DNA of 63,882 nt, filler included, from Octopus bimaculoides (taxonomy: Eukaryota): NCBI RefSeq assembly GCF_001194135.2. It is 8 parts of 8 records of this genome, joined end to end, with 100 filler letters (N's around TTAATTAATTAA, not from the genome) between each part and the next. Parts side by side here need not be neighbours in the genome. Positions count along the whole stretch, not along the records: positions 20,623 to 27,865 come from NC_069005.1; positions 27,966 to 36,519 come from NW_026326038.1; positions 36,620 to 46,842 come from NC_069006.1; 5 more parts are not named here. One strand, given 5' to 3'. Position 1 is the stretch's first letter, and each line of letters begins with the position of its first letter. Both the position numbers and the translations under genes were made by a program. The notes beneath the pieces were generated by a model. It was not told the DNA's origin. It made no database searches and worked only from the letters and a program-made list of their open reading frames with translations. Positions 27,361-37,827 of the stretch are shown here, one piece after another.

Positions 27361-27829
27361 GGGATCACCAATAACCTCAACCACTCTGATAACTAATTTG
27401 GAAATATAGAGCCAAATGAACAGTCCTAATATTATCAGAATCTCTGATTTCGCCATTGTTGTACGGGTGACGTCACCATATAGATGTCGTCTGCGCGTCT
27501 CAATTAGCTAATTGCTTTACAACTTGCAGACGACACTAAATGATTTCGGTGCACATAGATGGGTGTACATGTGTTTATCTGTAGAATACTGTATGTGATG
27601 CTGTATTCCCCATCTACCGAGTATACAATGTGGTGTGTGTATGTGTGCATGTGTATCTATAAGTATTTACGTGCGTCAATAAATTTGTAAGAATCTAGAA
27701 TGAATATGAATATATATAATTATCTAAAAGTGTGTGTACGTGTGTGTGTGTGTGTGTGTGTGCGCGTGTGTATAACACATACGTGTGAAAATGCATATAT
27801 TTATACTGATACATATATGCACATACATA

Positions 27830-27865
<36 letters not shown>

Positions 27866-27965
27866 NNNNNNNNNNNNNNNNNNNNNNNNNNNNNNNNNNN
27901 NNNNNNNNNTTAATTAATTAANNNNNNNNNNNNNNNNNNNNNNNNNNNNNNNNNNNNNNNNNNNN

Positions 27966-28004
<39 letters not shown>

Positions 28005-28409
28005 ACATGACAGGCTTCTTTCAGTTTCCATCTACCAAATCCACTTACAAGACTTTGACCAGCCAAGAGATATAGTATAAGACACTTATCTAAGTTGCCA
28101 AGCAGTGGGACTGAATGGATGGCAAGCAAGTTTCTTAACCTCACAGCAATTGGTTAATAATTTAGTTTTGTTCCTCGGAGTTAGTTGGTCTCATACCTCC
28201 AGCATTCTGGCCCCTGCCCTACTCATTTCTCCACCTCATGGCACCCTTATAGCATCCATTCCCCACCGATCATGAAGTAACCATTATCTCCAGTTTTTCC
28301 ACCCTTGAACATCATCCCTCTGGAATTTTCTTTCTGCTCATCTCTTCATTTTTCTTTGTAAAAGACAGCTGCCTAATATCACAGGATCCCATATTAATGC
28401 AGTATTTTG

Positions 28410-30360
28410 CTGCTGCCTTCTGATATTACGGGGTTGTTCTAAACCAATATAACGATTGTTTGCCCTTAAGATTGTGTAACAGCTGTTTGCTCTCTGATAT
28501 TACAGGGTTATGCCAAGAAGATATAACAGTAGTTTTCCCCCTGACATTACGGGGTCATTCCAAGTCGATCCAACCTGTTTGCCCTCTGATATTACAGGGT
28601 TGTTCTAATCCAACATAACCAGTTTTCCCCCTTTTATTACGGGGTCATTCCAAACTAAATTAACAACTGTTTGCCCTCTGATATTACAGGTTGTTCTAAA
28701 CCAATATAACGATTGTTTGCCCTTAAGATTGTGTTACAGCTGTTTACTCTCTGATATTACAGGGTTATGCCAACAAGATATAACAGTAGTTCCCCCCCCC
28801 CTGACATTACAGGGTCATTCGAAGTCGATTCAGCCTGTTTGCTCTCTGATATTACAGGGTTGTTCTAATCCAACATAACCAGTTTTCCCCCTTTTATTAC
28901 AGGGTCATTCCAAGCCAAATTAACAACTGTTTGCCCTCTGATATTACAGGTTGTTCTAAACCAGNNNNNNNNNNNNNNNNNNNNNNNNNNNNNNNNNNNN
29001 NNNNNNNNNNNNNNNNNNNNNNNNNNNNNNNNNNNNNNNNNNNNNNNNNNNNNNNNNNNNNNNNNNNNNNNNNNNNNNNNTAAATTAACAACTGTTTGCC
29101 CTCTGATATTACAGGTTGTTCTAAACCAATATAACGATTGTTTGCCCTTAAGATTGTGTTACAGCTGTTTACTCTCTGATATTACAGGGTTATGCCAACA
29201 AGATATAACAGTAGTTTCCCCCCCTGACATTACAGGGTCATTCGAAGTCGATTCAGCCTGTTTGCTCTCTGATATTACAGGGTTGTTCTAATCCAACATA
29301 ACCAGTTTTCCCCCTTTTATTACAGGGTCATTCCAAGCCAAATTAACAACTGTTTGCCCTCTGATATTACAGGTTGTTCTAAACCAGGTGTCGCCAAAGA
29401 GGGGTCCGAGGGACTCCGTAGGGGTCGGTGAGCAATTACAGGGGGTCGATGACAGCCAAGAGGGTTGAGTGGGGCGGTCAGTGTGCGAAAGACCAGCTCA
29501 CCCAGATGAACTGCTTGAAATACTTAGCGCATGAAACGTGGGAAAACATGGTAAATTTTCACTGCAGCGATAAGTCTGCTGTTGCTAATATTTGAGGCCT
29601 GATGTTGTAATCTGTATCGTAATCGAAGATTGAGAGGATGTAGACTGTCAAGTGTTTGCTTATAGAAATTGCCTGAACTTGGAGGAACGAGGTGATTTGA
29701 GATTGAATCTGACGGACATTCAGCCTGATGTCAGTGCCTTGTTTCAGAATCACTATGCTCATACCTCACATTGATGTTGTTAATTTCAATAAAAGATATT
29801 CCAGCAATTAATGATGCATTTTTCAAATTTTGTAACCGTGGAAACAATTTCATAAAAATTGAAAGCTTAATACTGGTATACTTGTACACCTGGTTTTAAA
29901 TGTAAAAAGTGAGTCATCTTCATTATAGTTTCTTAATTTGTCATACATGTATATTTTAGCTAACATTTTAATTGCCAGAATCAGTACCTGGTATGCAGGT
30001 ATTTAAGATATGGTACGGTAGAGTAAGATATTAAGATGTTTTAAATGAGGAAGGTGGTCAATGCAGAAGGAGAAATGGCTGAAGGGGGTCGATGTGGAAG
30101 AAGTGGCTAAAAGGGTCGATGGTCAAAAATGTTTGGCGACCACTGTTCTAAACCAACATCACAACTGTTTGCCCTGATATTACAGAGTTGTTCCAAGCTG
30201 ATATAACAATTGTTTACGCTCAAGGCAATATAGCAACTGTTTGCCCTCTGATATTACATGGTTGTTTCATGATGATATCACTGTTCGCCCTCTGACATTA
30301 CAGGATTACTCCAACCTGATATAACAACTGTTTGCCTTCTGATATTATAGGGTCACCCCA
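28410..30360. repeat. Minisatellite of ~45-bp monomers in a ~258-bp higher-order repeat, interrupted by the hAT element
   Basis: Recurrent core TTTGCCCTCTGATATTACAGGG; the same monomer order recurs at 28423 and 28681 (and at 29106 and 29364); degenerate monomers continue to ~30360. Confidence 0.9.
29385..30145 (+). mobile_element. Non-autonomous hAT (Charlie/SPIN-like) element with 8-bp TSD
   Basis: TIRs CAGGTGTCGCCAAA / TTTGGCGACCACTG; perfect TSD TTCTAAAC at 29377-29384 and 30146-30153; subterminal GGGGTC repeats; residual transposase C-terminus YRNCLNLEERGDLRLNLTDIQPDVSALFQNHYAHTSH* (29661-29774). Confidence 0.9.
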
Positions 30361-30454
30361 AGTCAATAACAGTAACTTGTGGCCTGAAGAGAACTTGTAC
30401 ATAGTTCATGGACCTGATAGAAACAGCAGCCAGTTATCTCTCATATCATACTTT

Positions 30455-30832
30455 GTTGTTGGCACTCCATCGCTTACAACATCGAGGGTTCCAGTTGATC
30501 CGATCAATGGAACAGCCTGCTCGTGAAATTAACGTGCAAGTGGCTGAGCACTCCACAGACACGTGTACCCTTAATGTAGTTTTCAGGGATATTCAGCGTG
30601 ACACAGTGTGACAAGGCTGACCCTTTGAATTACAGGTACAACAGAAACAGGAAGTAAGAGAAAGTTGTGGTGAAAGAGTACAGCAGGGTTCGCCACCACC
30701 CCCCTGCCGGAGCCTCGTGGAGCTTTAGGTGTTTTCGCTCAATAAACACTCACAACGCCCGGTCTGGTAATCGAAACCGCGATCCTACAACCACGAGTCC
30801 GCTGCCCTAACCACTGGGCCATTGTGCCTCCA
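30455..30832 (-). mobile_element. tRNA-derived SINE, family C, with RTE-like tail
   Basis: GGAGGCACAATGGCCCAGTGGTTAGGGCAGCGGACTC...GGTTTCGATT head; tail ...GATCGGATCAACTGGAACCCTCG...GGAGTGCCAACA. Related copies at ~46-320, 868-1180, 33735-33980 (+) and 24035-24248, 39480-39780 (-). Confidence 0.85.
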
Positions 30833-31374
30833 CCATATCATACTTTACCATCTTACAAAAGCACACATTGGATAATGTAACCTAGTATACACTGCCTGAA
30901 TAAACAATGGGATGGTCATGACTAGAATGTCCTTTTAGATCTTTTGGATGAAAACTAACTCAAACTTAAACAACTACACCCCACACAATATACTCCAACA
31001 GCCAGACTATCATCATTATCATTTAACATTCATTTTCTATGCTGGCATGAGTCGGATGGCTTGACAGGAACTGGCAGGGCCAGGGGCTACACCAGGTTCC
31101 ATAGTCTGTTTTGGTTTGGTTTCTATGGCTGGATGCTCTTCCTAATGCTGACTATTTTACAGAGTATACTGGGTGCTTTTTACATGACACCATCACCAGC
31201 GCATTTTTAAGTGGCACCAGCACCAGTGCTTTTTACATGGCACCAGCACCCACACCAATGCTTTTTACTAGGCACCTTGGCTTTATGATCTCGTGCCCCG
31301 ACAGCAAGAACTTCAACAATACTAAAATCTTCCAGAACATTCTTCTCACCATTTTTGTATTTTTTCTTTTACAG

Positions 31375-31441
31375 ATTTTTCTCATTATGTTCGGAGTTTT
31401 GTCCTTCCTCGTCTATATTTATTTATTAATTGAAAGTTCAG
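31375..31441 (+). CDS. SLC44A1: Choline transporter-like protein (CTL1/SLC44A1-like), internal exon IFLIMFGVLSFLVYIYLLIESS-G
   Basis: Acceptor tttttcttttacAG, donor CAG|GTAAGC; 67 nt, phase 0/1. Aligns by position to the CTL1 TM segment ending ..LFLGTTG. Confidence 0.75.
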
Positions 31442-32063
31442 GTAAGCTGTTGTCCATCATGAATTCTTTATTATCTTTTAGGGGTCACTAATGGCAGGTT
31501 TTTCTATTTTCTTTTTAGTGCATGTATTGTGGTAGGGATGTGTTAACTTAATCCATAGCCATTTTCTTAGTGTATTTTTGTTGAAATGCACTTCCTTTAT
31601 TTCAATTGATTTTGAAAATATTTGAAAAATTTAATAAGCTGGAAAATAATCATAGCGAAGGACATTCCACAGTTGAATTAGAACAGTCACTAACAGTGAA
31701 AGAAGACATGCACCCAACACCAGAGCTGAAGACACCTCCGAAAGGAGGGGCCCCGCCACGTCAAAACGGTAGAGTAGGGGCCGAAACCAGACGTGGTTCC
31801 TCCTGATGATGTCTTGAGCTAACTGGATCCTATAAAGGAGCTGTTGTGGTAGCAGACCACGAAACATGGTTGAAATTCCTACTTTGTCATTATTAAACTG
31901 GTGTTTGGAACATAAATTAACATGGAACTTTAATGGAAGAAGGTTTCAATTTAAATTACTCTAACCCTTTTGTTACCATATTTCTGCCTTTGTTTCAATT
32001 AACTTTGAAAACACTGAAGAATTTAGTAAAATAACAGTTATTATTGAACATAAATTAACATAA

Positions 32064-32440
32064 AGGCGCAGGAGTGGCTGTGTGGTAAGTAGCTTGTTTA
32101 CCAACCACATGGTTCCGGGTTCAGTCCCACAGCGTAGCACCTGGGGCAAGTGTCTTCTACTATAGCCTCGGGCCAACCAAAGCCTTGTGAGTGGATTTGG
32201 TAGACAGAGACTGAAAGAAGCCCATCATATATATATGTGTGTGTTTGTGTCTGTCCCCCCACCATCACTTGATAAATGTTGGTGTGTTCACGTCCCTGTA
32301 ACTTAGCGGTTCGGCAAAAGAGACCGATAGAATAAGTACTAGGCTTACAAAGAATAAGTCCTGGGGTTGATTTGTTCGACTAAAGGCAGTGCTCCAGCAT
32401 GGCCGCAGTCAAATGACTGAAACAAGTAAAAGAATATAAA
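32064..32440 (+). mobile_element. tRNA-derived SINE, family A, full length
   Basis: Same head, body and tail as 13270-13690. Further copies or fragments at ~12130-12300, 25060-25240, 35105-35480 (+) and 28000-28145, 37615-37780, 40336-40560, 61735-61900 (-). Confidence 0.85.
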
Positions 32441-32547
32441 AAGAAAGAATAAAATTTTGATGGAAGGTTTTAATTTAGAACACCTTTAAAATTGAAAGTT
32501 TGCATCTCAAAACTGGTAGTGGTAGTAGTAGCTCTTCTTCTTCATGT

Positions 32548-32595
<48 letters not shown>

Positions 32596-33030
32596 AGAAC
32601 ACCTATATTTTTGTTGGAATTCACTGCCTTTTTTTTTCAATTTTGAAAATGAAGAGCTTAGTAAAGTAACATCGTCATTATTAATCTAATGCTTGACACT
32701 TATGTGAGGGAAGAAGGTTTTAATTTAGGTCACTTTAAAACAGGAAACCCTACAATGCAACAGGGGAATTCTCGGGCAGTTTGGTATCAAAAGGGTCAAC
32801 ATAGCTGCTATTTCTACTGTTTCTAGTAACTCCGTAGAAGTTCTTTTGGTGACTCGTTCTCTTAGTCCTAAGAGCAATTCCAGTTCTTGTTTCTGTTTGC
32901 CTATTATTCAGTTTGTTATTAGTTATTTTAAGATGAAACCTGTCATCAATTATAAGACATGTCATAGTATTGTTTTTTTCCTTTTTTTTTTTTTTTAATT
33001 ATCCTTGCCCCTCCATTTCTTGTCTCCCAG

Positions 33031-33092
33031 GAAAGTTAGTTGTTGAAGAGAAAACGCACTATGTCCACCTTGAGGATATCAAACCCTTAACC
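33031..33092 (+). CDS. SLC44A1: CTL1/SLC44A1-like internal exon G-KLVVEEKTHYVHLEDIKPLT
   Basis: Acceptor ccatttcttgtctcccAG, donor ACC|GTGAGT; 62 nt, phase 1/0, bridges the two flanking exons in frame. Equivalent to the CTL1 loop [20 protein letters not shown]. Confidence 0.75.
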
Positions 33093-33238
33093 GTGAGTTG
33101 TACTTTCTCTCTAAGGAAAACTATTGTGCTATTTATTGTGTGTGATTAAGAATTTCCAAACTACATGGTTCCTGCTTATTTTCCAGTACACTGCTCCATG
33201 GATACATGTGTCTTCTACTACAGCCTCAAATTAATACC

Positions 33239-33675
33239 TTAACTTTTTCGCATTCAGATTACGCTGTCAAATCGGATGTTTATCTATTCACATAGCATTT
33301 AAACCAGCCATATCCAGTCCAAATATTCTACCTGTTTTAAGCTCAAACTGGCCAGATCCAACTTCTCACACCTATCCTACAATGCCATTCTAGAAATAAA
33401 CAATCACATCATCAAAATCTCAAAGCTAAGAGCTAATGCGTGATTAATTCAAAACAATGTGAATATCTGGCTTAAATATTCAACCTGATTTATGTTCAAA
33501 CCAGCCAGATCTGGCTACTCACACCTACCTAATAATACTATTATTTAAAAAAAAATAAACGACCACATCATTGAACTCTTGAAGTTATGAGCTAATTCAT
33601 GATTAATTCAAATTAATTAATGTGAATAAATAAGCATTACATTTTGATAGAGTAATCTGAATGCTAAAGGGCTAA
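33239..33675. mobile_element. piggyBac-like (TTAA) MITE; related copies at 34014-34160 and 34160-34322
   Basis: TTAA-ctttttcgcattcagattacgctgtcaaa ... ttttgatagagtaatctgaatgctaaaggg-ctaa inverted termini. Confidence 0.6.
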
Positions 33676-34730
33676 ACGAGAATAAGCTCTTTATATCAAC
33701 AGGAAAATGGTGTAGATCTAAACTTCTAGTTTTTATGTGAAGGTGCATGGCTTTGTGGTTAGGGTGTTGGACTCATAATCGTAAGATTGTGGTCTTGATT
33801 CCTGGACTGGGCAACGCATTGTGTTCTTGAGCAAGAAACTTCACTTTACGTTGCTCCAGTCCACTCAGCTGGCGAAAATGAGTAATCCTGCTACAGACCA
33901 GGTGGGTAACACATACGCCATGGAAACCAGGAATCCAGCCCTTATGAGTCGGTATGACTCAAAAAGGGAACTTTACCTTTATGTGAATTACAGAAAGGAA
34001 CAGTCTGAGTATTAACCCTGTTGTACTTAAACCAGCCATATCCGGCCCAAATATGGTTTATGTTCAAACTGCTCAGATCCAGCCTCTCACACCTACCCTA
34101 TGATGTCATTCTAAAAGTAAACAATTACATTTGACAGAATAATCTGAATGCTAAAGGGATAAGCATGCATTATCTCATAGCTTTGAGATTTTGATGATGT
34201 GGTTGTTTGTTTTTAGAATGACATTGTAGAGTATGTATGAGAGGTTGGATCTGACCAATTTAAAAATAAAACAGGTAGGATATTTGGGCCAGATTTGGCT
34301 GTTTTGAATGCTAAAGGGTTAATGTTAGTCAGTAAAATATGTCTGAGCATTGTGCTGTTAGTGCTTTTCAAAGAATTTTGAGAAAGGACAAGGTATGTAA
34401 GATGACAGGTAAGGTACCCAGGTGCTGGATGAGGTACATACGATCTGTTAAAAGGTGTAATAACAGTGGATGAATGGCAGGTGAGGTACCAGGTGGTGAC
34501 AGATGAGGTATTTGCAATCTCTTAGCACATGAGATTGAAGTGGGTTGATAGCAACTGAAGTACACAGAAATTGTTGCTTGGTTAGATAACACAAGATCTG
34601 TTGATGATAAGCATGACCCTTAGTATTTTGGGTGGTTTGTTGGGTTGAGGATATAACAGCAATAATAAATTTTGAATAAAATTTATGAGAATCATTGATT
34701 TAATTTTTCATTTCCTCTTCTTTCCTTCAG

Positions 34731-34837
34731 TACATGAAATGGTACCACATCTTTGGAATATTTTGGATCTTCAACTTCATCACATCTTGCAGGGATTTTG
34801 TGATTTCAAGTTCTGTAGCCATTTGGTATTTCACACG
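34731..34837 (+). CDS. SLC44A1: CTL1/SLC44A1-like internal exon YMKWYHIFGIFWIFNFITSCRDFVISSSVAIWYFT-R
   Basis: Acceptor tttcctcttctttccttcAG, donor CG|GTAAGA; 107 nt, phase 0/2. Strongly resembles vertebrate CTL1 [36 protein letters not shown]. Confidence 0.9.
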
Positions 34838-35974
34838 GTAAGAACATTGGTACTTTGTACATTGACTTACGTTCACTGTCTTTTTCTTCAGGACACAAAC
34901 AGGAAAGCCATTAGACAAAGACAAGCATGATTGGTTGGTTAGGCTGGCATGGTTGGATGGTTTAGGCATTCATGGATGGTTGGTTAACTCTTTAACTGCA
35001 AAATTAAATCTCACAATAATTTCAGTAATGGATGTTAAATATCTACCACAAAATAAAATTAGCTTTTTCTGCAGGTCAAATTGCCTCTATAAATTTGGCA
35101 TATAAGCACAGGCGTGGCTGTGTGGTAAGAAGTTTGCTTTCCAACCACATGGTTCCAGGTTCGGTCCCACTGCATGGCACCTTGGACAAGTGTCTTCTGC
35201 TATAGCCTCAGGCTGACCAAAGCCTTGTGAGTGGATTTGGTAGAGGAAAACTGAAAGAATTGTGTGTGTGTCTTTGTGTCTGTGGTTGTCCACCTACCAC
35301 CACTTGACAATTGGTGTTGGTGTGTTTATGTCCCTCATAACTTAGCGGTTTGACAAAAGGTTCGATACAATAAGCGCCGGGCTTTATAAAAAAAAAGTAC
35401 TGGGGTCGATTAATTCGACTAAAACCTCTCCAAGGTGGTGCCCCAGCAAGGCCGCAGTTTAATGACTGAAACAAGAAAAAGATATAAGATATCTCAACAA
35501 AAAAATAGTTTCATACATCACGTTCTTCAACAAAAGAGAGATTGGTTTATAAAACTGTTTCCCACTGTTATAAGTAATGAAATTTTGGGTGGAAATATCT
35601 GATTTCTGCAGTAAAAGAGTTAAGGCAGGGTTAGGTGAATGGTCTAAGTAGACGTTCATTGAGAAGGCCCTCGTATACGACATTGATGAATGTTACATCC
35701 CACATCGTTTTTTGGCAAATGTCTCAAGAAGGGCTTCGGAAATCCAAGAACCTCGGTGAATTTACAAGGTGAGGAGGAACCGCCCCTCTTCTTTTCCAAA
35801 GTAAGGGCCCTGAAAGCTACCTTGTTCTGCTTCACCAAATTTCTCTTGGAAGCTCGTGTCTTGAGGCTTAAGTTGAGCACTGACCACTGAAAGGGGAATA
35901 TCCATAAAGGGAAATAACTCTGTACAACCCTCAAGGGAGATAATTAGATAAAGTAGAAATCTTTATGGCTATTA

Positions 35975-36352
35975 CTCTTTTACTTGTTTCAGTCATTTGA
36001 CTGTGGCCATGCTGGAGCACCGCCTTTAGTCGAGCAAATCGAACCCAGGACTTATTCTTTTGTAAGCCTAGTACTTATTCTATCGGTCTCTTTTGCCGAA
36101 CCGCTAGGTTACGGGGACGTAAACACACCAGCATCGGTTGTCAAGCGATGTTGTGGGGGGACAAACAGACACACACACACATATATATACGACGGACTTC
36201 CTTCTGTTTTCGTCTACCAAATCCACTCACAAGGCTTTGGTCGGCCCGAGACTATAGTAGAAGACACTTGCCAAGACACTTGTCCCACTGTGCGGAACCG
36301 AACCCGTAACCATGTGCTTCGTAAGCAGGCTACTTACCACACAGCCACTTTT
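35975..36352 (-). mobile_element. tRNA-derived SINE, family A, full length
   Basis: Reverse complement of the family A sequence. Confidence 0.85.
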
Positions 36353-36619
36353 CCATACATTAAAGATGGATTGTAATTTAACCCCAAAACAATCTTATTT
36401 ATTTACTGCCCACAAGGGGCTAAACATAGAGAGGACAAACAAGGATTAAGTCAATTACATCGACCCCCAAAAGGATGAAAGGCTAAGTCGACCTTGGCGG
36501 AATTTGAACTCAGAACGTANNNNNNNNNNNNNNNNNNNNNNNNNNNNNNNNNNNNNNNNNNNNTTAATTAATTAANNNNNNNNNNNNNNNNNNNNNNNNN
36601 NNNNNNNNNNNNNNNNNNN

Positions 36620-36664
<45 letters not shown>

Positions 36665-36676
36665 ATATATATTTTT

Positions 36677-37125
36677 TTTCCCCAAATTTGCGTAAATGTG
36701 TATAAAATAATATATCAATTGAATAAAGTTAAAACATGGTCGGGTTGTCATGTTTTTTATTATGGTATTTTAAAAGAAAAAAATATTTTTTTACAATGCT
36801 GATGTGTGTTAAACATTAAAAACATATTTTGCAATGTTTATAAAATTCAACAAATGCTTTCATATGTTCGTAATAATCACCAGATTTGAAAATGCTTTTA
36901 ACTGAGTCGTCAAAATACATTTTGAAATCTGGTGATCATCACGAACGTATGAAAGCGTTAACTGAACTTTATGAACATTACAAAATATTCTTTGAATATT
37001 TAATATGCTCCAGCATTGTAAAAAAATATTTTAAATACAGTAATAAAAAAACATGAAAACCCGACCATGTTTTAACTTTATTCAACTGATATATTATTCT
37101 ATACACATTTACACAAATTCGGAAA
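36677..37125. mobile_element. ~450-bp foldback (palindromic) element
   Basis: Left arm (aaatttgcgtaaatgtgtata...aaaacatggtcggg...cagatttgaaaatg) is the imperfect reverse complement of the right arm over ~210 bp, with a short central spacer near 36900-36915. Confidence 0.8.
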
Positions 37126-37827
37126 GATATATATAAAGTATAAGTTAGAGGTGTTAAGCCCTCTAAGGGATAGAAGTATCCAGAGGCACTCCTGGTAATT
37201 ACCTCCATTAGTATGGACCTTGGTATAAGGTATACATCAGCAGGTAATTTGAAAAGGTAAACTGTAGTTTAATGTATAACAATTTAGCTAGGTGTAATAA
37301 ATCACCTAAGGGATATTAGATATCCAAAGAATTTACTGGGTTTTATTACCTGTATCAATAACAATGTTATTCCAATAGGTAAATAAATAAATAAAATAAA
37401 CACAGTTTATTAATATATAAATATAAATAAGAAACAGAAAACAAAACAATAAATTGATCAATTATAAATTGTAATTCAATTTACATATTTTATATTTATG
37501 AGATGTCATTTATTTGTATAAGATATTTAAATTGAATTGAATTTATAATTGTTCAATTCATTGTTTTGTTTTCCATTTCTTATACAAACGTATATATATA
37601 TATATATATATATATGATGGGCTTCTTTCAGTTTCTGTCTAAGAAATCCACTCACAAGACTTTGGTTGTCCTGGCCTGAGGCCATAATAGAAGACACTTG
37701 CCCAAAATGCCATGCAGTGGGACTGAACCCAGAACCATGAGGTTGGGAAGCAAGCTTCTTACCACACAGCCATGCCTATGCCTATATTTACATTTATGTG
37801 ATCTATTCTTTCTTTTTTTTTTACTAG

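Noticed and set aside
28410-29384. Conserved core plus variable linker resembling a CRISPR array
   Set aside because: The linkers are homologous to each other and recur with 258-bp periodicity; eukaryotic context and no cas genes.
31700-35900. Possible related RT-like fragments at 31700-31860 and 35700-35900
   Set aside because: Protein similarity is marginal and the nucleotide registers disagree; this cannot be supported without a search.
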